From contig NC_043004.1 of NCBI RefSeq assembly GCF_006345805.1, forward strand, positions 18,414,001-18,478,000: a DNA stretch of 64,000 nt, written 5' to 3'. The stretch is from Octopus sinensis. Lineage: Eukaryota. Numbering within the stretch: the stretch's first letter is position 1; every line of letters begins with the position of its first letter. The position numbers were made by a program, and so were the translations under genes. Shown here piece by piece: positions 39,880 through 53,520 of the stretch. The notes below the pieces were generated by a model that worked only from the letters and a program-made list of their open reading frames with translations, did not search any database and was not told the DNA's origin.

Positions 39880-40410
39880 TATTATTGAGTGAGAGAGCAG
39901 TGCATGGCATCAAAGCCCAGTATACCCATCATGACTACCCGTCTGATAAGGGTACACCAGGCACATACATCATAACCGTATGCGCTCGACATGATGATCT
40001 ATCAAGATAAGCAGCGCATGACCTTGCAGGTGAGGCCCAGTTAGAATTTTCTTCAGGTTATGTAACCCATTCCGCTCAAAAAGTCTCTGAATAAGGTTTG
40101 TTTAAGGATGATGAACAAAACACTCATGTTTCCAGAGGTGAATTACTCAAACACCAAAGAATTCCTCTCAACACATGAATATGACGCCCTCCCCCCACGG
40201 CTTCTGCTCATGATCAATGATGCACATATCATCAACCACTAAGGGTCATACTTAACCGGTTATGGTCAAACAACTGATAAGAAAATTTGTGGTATTGAGC
40301 AGAATATTTGCTGTAGCCCATCTTTTATACCAAGACAAAACAATGTACATGATAACACCTTCAATCAGTTAAGATAAGAAGCCATGAGAGCCACTGCCTG
40401 GTACTGCTTC
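39880..40410 (-). mobile_element. TAA-tailed retroposon (same family as 5270-5630)
   Basis: catcatgactacccgtctgataagggtacaccaggc etc. Related fragments at about 3765-3980 and 21070-21230. Confidence 0.75.
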
Positions 40411-40416
40411 AAGTCA

Positions 40417-40509
40417 ATTTTCTTTTCTTCTTCTTCTTCTTCTTCTTCTTCTTCTTCTTCTTCTTCTTCTTCTTCTTCTTCTTCTTCTTCTTCTTTTCTT
40501 CTTCTAATG

Positions 40510-40570
<61 letters not shown>
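40417..40570. repeat. (TTC)n and (TTA)n microsatellites
   Basis: Direct inspection. Confidence 0.97.
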
Positions 40571-40571
<1 letters not shown>

Positions 40572-40689
40572 TTACTTTTTAGAGCTCTCGATTTTACTTG
40601 CTCCGTACCTGTTGCCAAAGCTTACACTGTGTCTTTTCCCTCGATAATTAACACCCTAGTACCAATCTCAAAATACTCGTTATTCTCAA

Positions 40690-41400
40690 TTATCTGGACA
40701 CGTTCTACCCTACTATGTCAGAGAAAGTTCCAGTTTCTCTAACATATTTCTCAAACCTGTTTGCTAGTACCCCAAATACCCCTACAACTACTGGGATGAC
40801 AGTTACTCTCTTCATTGCTGAGCTTTCCTTCATCCCACTCTCCTTGATTTTGTCATACTCCAAATTACCCAGATAGTTATATCCACCCAATACTCACGAC
40901 GTTGGGTAGTCCTACACCATCAGATGACACTCCTTTGCCTTTTGTTTTATGATAGGCACACCACACTTTTTAATGCCAAATTCCATCCCGATATCCTTAC
41001 TACACTGCTGAATTCTGTCCATTTATTTCACATTCACTCTAACCGAAGATCTTTAAGTCATCCATATATAACAGGTAACTTCCTTTTCTCCATTTTTCAA
41101 GGTGTGCCCCGATGTCACTTACCGTAATATCTGTGTGAGAGGTATCATACAAATCGCAAACCACAATGGTGACAGACTATCTCCCTGAAACGTACTTCTC
41201 CTGATGTTAACCCTCACCAAAACTTTTCCACACGATGTTAAAGCTGTATTCTAGTTCTTCATTGATGTGATAAAATTTGAAATGCTATCAGACATCTGTA
41301 TCAACTCAAGACTTTCTGAAATCCAGGAATGCGGGACTATGTCATAAGCATTCTTATAATTGATTCACGCCATACCTAGTTTAGTATGTTTTTCTTGCAG
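40690..41400 (-). mobile_element. Decayed R4/Dong fragments
   Basis: GDSLS, YMDDLK and VIPVVVGVFG remnants on the minus strand. Confidence 0.7.
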
Positions 41401-41973
41401 TCTTTCAGCACCATTCTATCGATCAAAAGTTGAATCTTTATCCCCACGGCTTTTCCTCTTACACGCCTTCTAGTCTACAGGCAGTTAAACAACTATATGT
41501 TATAGCATGTGTGTATAGGTATACAATCCATATGTATTCATTTATCTATATATATATGTGTGTGTGAACGTAATGATGAACACATGGAAATACATTCCGA
41601 GTGACCTACTTTTAGATATGTGCCTTCATGTTCATAATATTGTCGCTGCTGGATTCTGTACCAATTTTATCCAAAATATTTCTTCGTCCACTTCGACAAA
41701 ACCAAAACGATAGAACGACGCATCAAACTCCATGTAGGCATTGAAGAAATCGTACGTATACACGCACCTATACATGCTCACTCTCATATGTATTTTTTTT
41801 TCAACATTTATCATAACAATAAATATAAATCGCAGTGAATATTATCAAATTTAAAAATTAAAATTTTAAAACTAGGTATTAGTAATAAAACATGAATAAT
41901 GTTAGAATATGAAATACTGAGAAAGAAACTACGGCAAGATTGACAAAAAAAAAAACACGATGCTTCAACTCAC

Positions 41974-42109
41974 CTGAAATGAACTCAACCACATTTCGAG
42001 CGCAAGGAGGACGATTTCGGGTATCCCCGATACTTCATCAGGTTGAAATATAAAAATCAAATGCACGGTAAAGAGTGGAATGAGTATGGAAATGGATTTA
42101 GCTAAGCGT
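41974..42109 (-). CDS. Class B1 GPCR exon (TM6-ECL3-start of TM7), 136 nt
   Basis: Acceptor ttcttctatctgcag and donor gtgagt. RLAKSISILIPLFTVHLIFIFQPDEVSGIPEIVLLALEMWLSSFQ resembles PTH1R KLLKSTLVLMPLFGVHY...EVSG...EMLFNSFQ. Phase 2 to 0. Confidence 0.96.
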
Positions 42110-42149
42110 CTGCAGATAGAAGAAAAAAATGAGAATTGTTTACATATTT

Positions 42150-42365
42150 TGTTTCTTTACTACCCACAAAGGGGCTAAACACAGAAGGGACAAACAAGGA
42201 GAGACAAATGGATTAAGTCGATTATATCGATCCCAGTGCGTAACTGATACTTAATTTATCGACCCCGAAAGGATGAAAGGCAAAGTCGACCTCGGCGGAA
42301 TTTGAACTCAGAACATAACGGCAGACGAAATACGGCTACGCATTTCGCCCGGCGTGCAAACGACT
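42150..42365 (-). mobile_element. SINE family D
   Basis: Reverse complement of the 21508 family. Confidence 0.85.
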
Positions 42366-42576
42366 CTGCCATGCATACATGCATACATACATACATACAT
42401 ACATACATACATACATACATACATAATACATACATACATACATACATACACACACATATATATCTACATAATACATACGTACGTACGTACATACATATAC
42501 ATTGATAGATTTATGATGTTAGAAGCAAATGATGCGAGAGAGAAAAAAGATAATGATGCCTAGACAAAAGATTTAT

Positions 42577-42809
42577 TTAAAATTGAAACTGCTGAAATAA
42601 TTCGCGAACACTTCCGTCATGCTGTAGATTAGATGAGCTGATAGACATAGCCAACAATCTATCTTTATCTAAATGTATTTAGCTATACCATTAAGTGGTT
42701 GACTTCGCAGTTATGTAGTTCCGGGTTGTATTCAAACTCTGCGTTCGGTTTGAGCAATACCGTGTATGTGGAATATGGTAAACAGAAACAATGCAGAAAG
42801 CTGTCACGC

Positions 42810-42850
<41 letters not shown>

Positions 42851-43225
42851 ATATATATATATATATAATAAATATTAGGGAATAATCCAAATTTACAGGG
42901 AAAAATCAGATTTAGGATTGAATCCAATTTTATAGTAAAATATAATATAATATTAATTAGAGACAAAACCACTATTATGCAAATCAAACAAAGAAAGACT
43001 TAACCAATACATAACAAATTTTATATAATTAAATAAAAAATTTTATTTAATTTATATAAAATTTTTTATGTATTGGATTAAGTCTTCTTTGTTGATTTGC
43101 ATAATAGTGGTTTTGTCCTAATTAATATTATATATATTTTACTATAAAATTGGATTCAATCCTAAATCTGATTTTTCCCTGTAAATTTGGATTTATCCCT
43201 AATATTTATTATATAGATATATATA

Positions 43226-43282
<57 letters not shown>

Positions 43283-43766
43283 GCGTGACAGCTTTCTGCA
43301 TTGTTTCTGTTTACCATATTCCAATAAACGGTATTGCTCAAACCGAACGCAGAGTTTGAATACAACCCGGAACTACATAACTGCGAAGTCAACCACTTAA
43401 TGGTATAGCTAAATACATTTAGATAAAGATAGATTGTTGGCTATGTCTATCAGCTCATCTAATCTACAGCATGACGGAAGTGTTCGCGAATTATTTCAGC
43501 AGTTTCAATTTTAATTATGCAAATCAAACAAAGAAAGACTTAATCCAATACATAACAAATTTTATATAATTAAATAAAATAATTTTATTTAATTTATATA
43601 AAATTTTTATGTATTGGAATTAAGTCTTCTTTGTTGATTTGCATAATAGTGGTTTTGTCTCTAATTATATTAGGTTTATATTTTACTATAAAATTGGATT
43701 CAATCCTAAATCTGATTTTTCCCTGTAAATTTGGATTTATTCCCGATATTTATTATATATATATAG

Positions 43767-43832
<66 letters not shown>

Positions 43833-44213
43833 TGACAGCTTCTGCATTGTTTCTGTTTACCATATTCCACATACACGGTATTGCTCAAACCGAACGCAGA
43901 GTTTGAATACAACCCAGGAACTACATAACTGCGAAGTCAACCACTTAATGGTATAGCTAAATACATTTAGATAAAGATAGATTGTTGGCTATGTCTATCA
44001 GCTCATCTAATCTACAGCATGACGAAGTGTTCGCGAATTATTTCAGCAGTTTCAATTTTAAATATGCAAATCAAACAAAGAAAGACTTAATCCAATACAT
44101 AACAAATTTTATATAATTAAATAAAATAATTTTATTTAATTTATATAAAATTTTTTATGTATTGGATTAAGTCTTTCTTTGTTTGATTTGCATAATAGTG
44201 GTTTTGTCTCTAA

Positions 44214-44293
<80 letters not shown>
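42577..44293. repeat. About 940-bp palindrome followed by tandem copies of a roughly 540-bp unit
   Basis: 42577-43514 is self-complementary. Units start at about 42975, 43515 and 44063 (last one partial). Confidence 0.92.
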
Positions 44294-44302
<9 letters not shown>

Positions 44303-45299
44303 ATGGGAGAGTATTGTTGTTCGCTTGAAGCATTGCGTATTGTTTGTAAAGAATAAAAAGTTTTTAATGGTACAGCAATGCACTATAATACAGATACCTG
44401 TTGTAATTTAGTCATCCATAGTCTGATATGATATTTCGGAATAATATTTCTTCTTCAAATATTCTTAGATGAAGTCGCTGCTATAATATATATATAGATA
44501 GCAATGGAAGCAATATTAACAGCAGAAGGTAATTTCTATATCCAGGTAGTAGACGAGAATCGTCAGTTATGGGCACCAGAACTCCCATATCACGTGATTT
44601 CATTCTACTGGAAATCAGCAGGGGGAGGTGTCCGATCACTGCATGACAGGCAAATCTTGCTGCTATGATATATAAAATATCAGAATCTTTTCTGACAGTA
44701 ATGTCGCAAATAGCCAAAAGACTTATTAAAATTTATACTTCATTGAAGAGATAGTTTTTTGACAAAAAGTGCAGCGTCTGTCATTTAAAGAACACGCATA
44801 CACAAAGTATGTGTTTTACCAGTTCGTGGGTAGGTTGCATTTATAGCGGTAAGAGAATATATTCTCTTCAATGCAGATGGTGTTAAAACATTTGGAAGTC
44901 ATAGACAAGCGATATAACTCGCATTCGATCTTATAGAGGAACAATAGACATCCATGTTTCGTCATTTTTGTGATTTGTCAATACTGCATACCCAAAGCAA
45001 TCACGATGTTAGCTAAATCATACTTTGTGTATGTATGTCCAATATTGTGTGTGTGCATGTCTGCATGTGACCGCGTGTGTACCGTTGGCGATTTTTTCCC
45101 TCCGTCTTCCCTTCTTTGGATCTTTCCTTTTCCTATGTTTCTGACGAAGAGCTCCGCTCGAAACGTTAAACTCTCCTTCTTTCCTTCTTTCCTGAGCGTC
45201 CAATAACACTATACTTGTTCCACGTCCTCGAGTTGTTGTGTTTTCTCTTTCTGTTTTCATGTTTGGATTAACTTAATATATATATGTGAATATATTCTT

Positions 45300-45630
45300 T
45301 TATTCTTTTAGTCTTTTACTTGTTTCAGTCATTTGACTGCGGCCATACTGGAGCAACATTTTAAAGGGTTTCAGTCGAACAAATCGACTCCAGTACTTAT
45401 TCTATCCTTCTCTTTTGCCAAACCGCTATGTTAGGGGGACGTAAAGACACCAACATCGGTTGAGAAGCGAACGTGGAGGGACTAACACAGACACAAAGAC
45501 ACACATACATAAATATATACAGTATATATATATATATACGATGGGTTTCTTTTAGTTTCCGTGTACCAAATCCACTCATAAGACTTGTTTCGAACCAATG
45601 CTACAGTAGAAGACACCTGCCCAAGGTGTC
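45300..45630 (-). mobile_element. SINE family A, partial
   Basis: cagtcatttgactgcggcc...gacacctgcccaagg. Confidence 0.8.
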
Positions 45631-45889
45631 ACATGTGTCTGTGTTTTCTGTTTCTGTACCTAGAAAAAAGAAATCTGATTTAACCGCCGATTTTCTCCTT
45701 CGATACTACCTACCTCTCATGAAGAAGTTGGCATTAAAGCCTTGAATTTTTCTGAACATTTCTAGTTGGCTATCCTCACCATGCATTACTTTAGCATTTT
45801 ATAATCTGTTCTTTGTCAACTTAAAACTATAATCTCGCCAAAAGTTATGAAATGATTATTTTCCTTGTACTGACTATCTCATCCACTAT

Positions 45890-45924
<35 letters not shown>

Positions 45925-45932
45925 ATATATAT

Positions 45933-45983
<51 letters not shown>

Positions 45984-46040
45984 TATATAATTATATTAAA
46001 TTAGAGACAAAACCACTATTATATATATATATATATATAT

Positions 46041-46296
46041 AATATTAATTCGAGACAAAACCACTATTTTGCAAAACAAACAAGGAAAGACTTAATCAAT
46101 ACATAAAAAATTTTAATATAAAGAAATAAATATTTCTTTATTTCTTTATATTAAAAATTTTTATGTATTGATTAAGTCTTTCCTTGTTTGTTTTGCAAAA
46201 TAGTGGTTTTGTCTCGAATTAATATTATATATTTTACTATAAAATTGGATATAATCCTAAATCTGATTTTTTCCCTGTAAATTTGGATTTATTCCC

Positions 46297-46303
<7 letters not shown>
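46041..46303. mobile_element. Palindromic AT-rich element embedded in (TA)n
   Basis: Arms 46041-46130 and 46137-46226. Homologous to the core of the 42.9-kb palindrome. Confidence 0.75.
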
Positions 46304-46381
<78 letters not shown>

Positions 46382-48040
46382 TACACACACAAACACACAC
46401 ACACATACACACATAAGAGATTAGTAATGCGAGCAAAATACTTCTTAAGCTCTTGGCTAATACAAATGCATTAGTCGACTTAGTAAATCCATAGATGCGT
46501 TACCGAGTTAATACGGTATGCTTTTACAGAGTGATATATAGAAAAAAGGCATATACTATGGGCTTTATACATTTATTTGAGTATCATAAATCTATAGCTG
46601 TTTTTGACATGTATTTTGTGTGCTATCATGGTTTAGTCTATTCAATTGTTTATGGTTTAGTTTACTCAATTAATAATTAATCGCATGAGATATTAGATAT
46701 GGTATCACCCACAAAGAGAAAAGATCATTTTTTTATGTGTTTGTTTCACAAATCTACTTCAACTACAGTCTTTTTTTTTCTTGATGAAGAGAGGATTCCT
46801 CTCACGAGTTCAGGTTCTGTCGAGGTGGACTTAGACTTTCATCCTCTCGGGGTCGATGAAATAAGTACATGTTGAGCACTGGGGTCGATGTGATCGAATT
46901 AGCTTTTTATTTGCCCATATCAAACCCCTTATTTTCTCATTTTATATTCATTGTATTTTACTTTCTTTATTTTGTGTTGTTTGGGTTTATGTTTTTTCTT
47001 ATACTGTTTATTTTACTTTATTTTAATCCATTTTATTTTATTTAAGCTGCGCGCGTGAGCGAAAGCAGGGTATTGTAATCATCCATCTTCGTCTGTCTGC
47101 GTGTTTGCAAAATTAGTGAAAAACGGCTGAACTTTACCGGGTAGACGTGTTACCCATAACTCTGGCCAATCAGTAGCCGGAGAAACAGAATTCAAGTGGA
47201 AACCCACCTATTCAACGATTTTGTTATCATCAGGAGATAAAGTTGACTTTGTGAAAATTTAAATTTCATATACCATGTGAAAAAACAGTTATGAATTTGC
47301 AGTGCCTGCAAAAAACCTCAAGATTAGTTTTTAAAGCTTCATGTTAGGTGCAATTTTACTGAGGACCCACATGTTACTATCGTCGCAGATCCGTGAGTAA
47401 TCTGGAACTTTTTCTGCGATTTCTAAACGCAGACGCATACGTTCCTACACGCTCGTACACACTTACCCAGATACATTCACGCATCTTTTGCCACTACGTC
47501 CATATATCAACATCGTGCTGTCACGCGGACTCAAGGCTACATAACACGTCCATAAAAAAAACAAACAAATGTGAACTAAGAAAGAAATCAACATCCTCCT
47601 AAACGCACAGTTATGTTTTTCTAAAACTGAAAACATTGACGTTTCATGGCAAAAGAAAACCCAAACTGTCCAATAACCGATCGGAGAAGCAGATACGGAA
47701 CAATTTCAGACATCTTAAAATCTCATTTTGGTATTTTCTTCTACTAAACAACAACAACAACATGGCCAGCAGCTATGGCCACTCCTCAATACCAGTACAA
47801 TTGATGACTTATTAATTTCCACAATCAGCAGCCCTTCGCAGTCCAGCTATCATCATCGTCATTGTCATCATGTTCTACTGCTAATATTCTTATCATAAGT
47901 GAACAACAACAACAAGGTCAACAACCACAGTCACTCCTTAATACTAGAACAATTGATGACCTATTAAGCAACACAGGCTAATCACATTCCTCATTCTCTC
48001 AGAATAACAGAAGAGATCCCTCATCACCATTGTCCTTCTA

Positions 48041-48085
<45 letters not shown>

Positions 48086-48294
48086 AACCACTGCTGCTGC
48101 TGCTACTACTACTACTACTACTACTACTATAACTACAACTGCTGCTGCTACTACTACTACTACTACAATTGCTGCTTCTGCTACTACTACTACTACTACT
48201 ACTACAATTGCTGCTTCTGCTACTACTACTACTACTACTACTACTGCTGCTGCTACTACTACTACTACTACTACTACTACAATTGCTGCTTCTG

Positions 48295-48338
<44 letters not shown>

Positions 48339-48351
48339 GCTACTGCTGCTG

Positions 48352-48391
<40 letters not shown>

Positions 48392-48424
48392 CACCACCAC
48401 AACCACCACCACCACACCACCACC

Positions 48425-48493
<69 letters not shown>

Positions 48494-48495
48494 GC
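48041..48495. repeat. Compound (CTA)n/(GCT)n/(CCA)n trinucleotide array
   Basis: Direct inspection. Confidence 0.97.
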
Positions 48496-48954
48496 TGAAA
48501 ATTCTGAAAATTAATCAAACTTTGAACATCTGTAACCCTTTTGCAGAATTTTTTCTGGAATAAATGAATAACAAATTTGGATTCAGCGTCAAAAATTACA
48601 TCTATATGATCCATTAAAAAATTTGTTTAAAGATAATTGTAAACAGTGACGAAAACTACAAAAATCCGTTCAAACTTTCACTGAAACCCAGAATTCACCC
48701 AGGTGTCCACTGGATACAATAGTAAAATCAACAACCGCAAACCACATAACTATAACCATATTCAACAGTGCAACTATAACAACTCCAGACAACCAACTCC
48801 GAAAACAAGAAAATACTTTTTTAGTCATGATGAATTAGGCAAAAACAAAAACAAAGAAAAACAATTTAGCTTTCATACAGCACTAACCACTGCTGTTACC
48901 CTAGTGCACAACCATACACCATTACTGTCATTAACCCAGAAATTCAACCCAGTA

Positions 48955-49620
48955 ATAATGCTGAATATACAAGGTTTCTGAGACTTCGCAACTGTAACAA
49001 AGGTATCATATCTAAGAGACCTTGCACAGAGAAAAAACAATATGTGTAGCACTAAATGAAGCACTAAGTGAAGTACACCTGACCTCAGACATATAGGATG
49101 TGGAAATACACATGTCAGGTTATGTACAACACAAAACAGACCGCAGAATACGGAAACAAGGAGGAGTAACGCTCTTCATCTGTGAAGAGCTGACAACAAA
49201 TGCCCTCCTCTCTCACTTCAGCATAGTGTGTTATGCACTAATAATACATGTGATCGACCGCGATTTGATAACAGGCTAACCACGGAGATAATTTCAGAGT
49301 TGCTTTGTCACTCATAATTCAAACCCTTAGTAAGGCCAGCTCACAGGCCAATGCACTTTTAGCACGGGAATCTAATTTTCCTAGATTCAGCTGGCCTGCA
49401 GGCTATATATCTCGTGGAACTAAACAACTGAACAGGAGAATATGAACGCTCACCTCGATACCAACACAGATTTTCTCGTGCAACAAAATATTACTCGTCC
49501 AGCTAGGGAAATAACACACACGACCTAGTCTTTACCACTAATACAGACCTCGTTCACATGTTTAGGTCATTGCAACAGGTATTTCAGAGCACAACGTTAT
49601 GCAATTGTCTGTTCAAATAA
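48955..49620 (+). mobile_element. Decayed APE endonuclease region of a CR1/L2-type LINE
   Basis: MLNIQG, SEVHLT, DRRIRKQGGV, ITRP, DLVFT and ISEH remnants. Confidence 0.7.
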
Positions 49621-49879
49621 CATCAAACATGACTCGTCCCTTATGGATTTGAATTTCAGGAAGGTCAGTGGAATGAAATCGAAACTGAAATCCTCAAAAC
49701 AAACGTTAGCCGGCACGGGTAAGGGAGGTATGGACAAAGGTGGAAGGATATGCGAGGGCAGAAAAGTACTAATTATTATAATAATTTGTAGCCCAAAAAA
49801 TTGTGTGATGCAGGTGCCACATATTATATGTTTATTGTAATATTAAACTGATATGACCAGACTTAATAAATATCATAAA

Positions 49880-50276
49880 TCTTTATATATAAAAGAGAGG
49901 TTGTGTGTCTGTCTCTTACGATTTAGATTCCTAACTACTCCCACATTTTGCGGTGCAGTTTAACCAAAACCGGGTATCTTATAGTCGTGATTCATATCGA
50001 GCCCTTCTGGGTATTAGCGCGCGTCTACGATGAGTCAACGATTTAAAAAAAAAATTACCATCATTTTTTTCCATTTTAATGCATTTTTTCGCTATTATAT
50101 AAGGGAAGTAACTCTCTAAAAATGTCTACGATGAGTCAACGGTTAAAAAAAAATTTACCATAATTTTTTTTCCATTTTTAATGCATTTTTTTGTTATTAT
50201 TTGGCTATAACTCTCTAAAAATGCTTATATAGTTATTTCCCTTACAAACCCGAGCAACGCCGGGCGATACTGCTAG
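49880..50276 (+). mobile_element. Non-autonomous Helitron, 397 bp
   Basis: A then TC at the 5' end. Hairpin cccgagcaacgccggg plus CTAG then T at the 3' end. Internal roughly 100-bp tandem duplication. Confidence 0.88.
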
Positions 50277-51494
50277 TAAATGATAAAGGAAGATCTTAAG
50301 ACATCGCTAGAGACATATATTTATAATTGTCAGCGAGATTTTATTGTTTTATGAAAAGAACAAACAAAAAAAAATCATTATTTTTGGTATTAATTTCTTT
50401 TGTCGATTATTAATTGCTTCTAATAATTTTCTCTTTGATTTGATCTTATGCTACTCCGACGTTGTTTGATCAATGATTTATTTATCTTGAGCAAGGGTTT
50501 ATTAACAACTCCCAAGAGTTTGATATACTGATATCCACCTTGGCAAGAAGGTAAACAATAAAACACGTTTTAATAACTTTATCATAATGAGAATAACACA
50601 ATTACGCCGTTATTCATACTCCCCCATCACCAATTTGTGATATTCCCCGATGGCGTGGCAATGTTTGGATATGGTTGCCATGAATACAATGGACATTGCC
50701 ATGGCTGAGTGGGGAAGTTGCTTGCAGTTATATAGTTATGTATTCAATCTCACTACACGCCACCTTAAGAAAGTGTCTTGTACCAGAGCCTCGAGTCACT
50801 CAAAGCGTTGTGAGTGAGATTATATCGGCAGTAATCGTGACGTAAACCCGGTGAACTACAGGTGCAGTCCTCTAATTCAAAGTCCCTTCCCCACCGTTTC
50901 CATAATGACTCATGCCGAGTCTAACTGAAAACAATATTTATTTGGCACATTTCTTTTGAATATTCAGCCACTTTTGCGTCAATTTAACGACTGGGTGGTC
51001 CAATCGATCGAACAAATAATTGCTTATCATCAAAAGCAACAAAGAACCATTCTTATTTGGTATAATTATTTTCGATATAAGTTTCGATATATCGAATGTC
51101 ACTATAGCTATTTTAGATTTGTTTCCAACATGATTATGATTTCATATATAAATCGAATCTAAAAAGAGATGAAATTTATTTTCATAAAATTTGAAAAAAA
51201 AGATAAGCATATGCAATATGAAAAACCTTTGGTTCCTTCGTCTATTTTATCCAGTTATGTATAGACATTTTTCTGTTTAATTTACTCATTCATTCTCAAC
51301 CTCTCTTCTCATCAGCTTCATTCCTTATCTCCCTGTAGATACCACATATATTTCTCCTCTTTTACGAGCTGTAAATCAATTAAGAAATTTTATAAGCAGG
51401 CTAGTCGCTAAATGCAGAATTCAATTTGTGCAGTATGATCTCATCTAACCATTATATTTATAGTATATTTTGATTTCGTCAAGACATAGTATTG

Positions 51495-51832
51495 GATACT
51501 GGATGGAAGCACTCCGTCGGTTACGGAACAGCCTGCTCGTGAAATTAACGTGTAAGTGGCTGAGCACTCCATAGACAGGGGATATTCAGCGTGACACAGA
51601 GTGTGACAAGGCCGGCCCTTTGAAATACAGGTACAACAGAAATAGGAAGTAAGAGTGAGAGAAAGTTGTGGTGAAAGAGTACAGCAGAGATCACCACCAT
51701 CCCTGCCGGAGCCTCGTGGAGCTTTAGGTGTTTTCGCTCAATAAACACTCACAACGCCCGGTCTGGGAATCGAAACCGCGATCCTACGACCGCGAGTCCG
51801 CTGCCCTAACCACTGGGCCATTGCGCCTCCAC
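51495..51832 (-). mobile_element. tRNA-derived SINE family E, full head
   Basis: A box tggcccagtgg and B box ggtttcgattcc. Begins about 50 nt after the ICL3 exon donor. Confidence 0.88.
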
Positions 51833-51883
51833 TATTAGATACTAATGATATACAAAATAAAAAACCAAAATGTTATCACTTAC

Positions 51884-51975
51884 ATATAACGAGTATTTCT
51901 TGATTCCAAGTTTTGTTGCGAATTCAGTTTCGTGAATAATACTCTTACGATGTTAAGGAACAGACAGAAATTCAG
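51884..51975 (-). CDS. Class B1 GPCR exon (TM5-ICL3), 92 nt
   Basis: Acceptor ctctaattaccag and donor gtaagt. LNFCLFLNIVRVLFTKLNSQQNLESRNTRY(I) matches the class B LNFxxFxNIVRVLxTKL motif. Phase 0 to 2. Confidence 0.95.
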
Positions 51976-52302
51976 CTGGTAATTAGAGATATACAGAGTT
52001 ATTACTATAAATATTCATATAACTTCAAAGATTCGATACATATACTTAAAACAAACCTTCCAAAAGTTAATTAAGATTGCAAGACTTGCGAATTATTTTA
52101 TACTAACAGGACTTGTGGAAATTCGATAGTGTAAGAAAAGAATTCTTTTGATATCTGGCCATTTAATAAGAACTGTACTTTCTAAAATAATAGAAATGAA
52201 CTTAGAAGGTATTGCTTATTTTCGTTCTTTTAATATGTTTCATAGATATGATGTGCTTTATAGTTTAAGGGAACAAAAGATAATTAAAATAAAGCTTATT
52301 CG

Positions 52303-52361
<59 letters not shown>

Positions 52362-52599
52362 TCTGTTGTGTCTGGGGAGAGTCATTATCTTTTAGTGCCT
52401 TATAATTTAACACACTCACCGGTAAAATTAAAATTTCCACAATCACTTTTTTATTTTTCTAAAATTTTCGTTGCGTCTTGCAACCTTTTCACTAGTTTTC
52501 ACTCTGTCCGTTATTCACACTGCGTTCCTTTTTGTTTGTGCGCATGTGTGTGGGTTAGTGCGCATGTGTGTGCCTACACATGTATGTATGTATGTATTC

Positions 52600-53520
52600 T
52601 GCCCCACCAGGTCACAGTGGGACCCACCATCACTTCAGCAGTGAAGAAAAACACCACAGAGCGCTGGAGTGGCTGGACGCACTCACCCAAAACCCTGAGA
52701 ACAACAATCAGGTGAAAGAAATGATTGCACATGCAATAGAGGCCAGTGTAAAAACCATCCTGAAGAGCCACATAGTAAAGTTTAACAAAAAACTATACAT
52801 GCAGGTTCAAGGTGCAGCCATAGGTGTCAGTGTAGCTGGAGATGTGGCCAGTCTCTTCATGATCTGGTGGGACAGGAAACTTAAACGTATGTTAGCAGAA
52901 CAGTCGTCAACTCTTCTACACTACAGTAGACTTGTAGATCAAATTAATATCATAGTTAGGACCAACTGTAGTAATGGTAGTGAAGAAACTGAAGGAACGT
53001 AACGGAGAGCATCCAGCAAGTAGCTAACTCCATTCACCAAAGTATCAAGATAACTATAGATTACCCCATAAGCATCCAAACTATACACTTAATATTGAAC
53101 TTGGGTTAGACCTTGTGACAACGCAAACAGGGCGAACACGTGGTATAAAACCAACAAATATCAAGGAGTGATGTTTGTAGAGGCCACAGTCCATGGAGAA
53201 CTAGCCGTAGATTTAGAAAATCCCTGAAGATTGTTGAAAAGCCAGGGAACTCCGTCAGATCACAACTATGTAGGACATACCCCTTTGAGAATACCATAGG
53301 CACCAATGACAACTGCATGGTTTGTAGGATTAGCCCTGGCATTAACTGTAGAACTAGAAATGTAGTTTGCAGCAAATGATGCGTAGAAGGTGCTTGTAAA
53401 GACATGAACCTGACATGCATAGGGAAGACATCTAGGAGTATTGTGGAACGACTAAATGAACATTTGAGACAATATGACGACAAAAAAAAAAACAGTCCTC
53501 CATACTTTACCAACATGTCA
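52600..53520 (+). mobile_element. Decayed Penelope-like element (RT and GIY-YIG)
   Basis: KLYMQVQGAAIGVSVAGDVASLFM, YSRLVD and CIGKTSRSIVERLNEH. Confidence 0.8.

Noticed and set aside
41600-41814. Short open frames on both strands in the GPCR intron
   Set aside because: No consistent splice sites or recognisable domain.
47464-47592. Hydrophobic minus-strand frame (RMLISFLVHICLFFLW...) ending at a gtaagt donor
   Set aside because: Phase and content do not fit between the TM5 and TM6 exons, and I recognise no homology.
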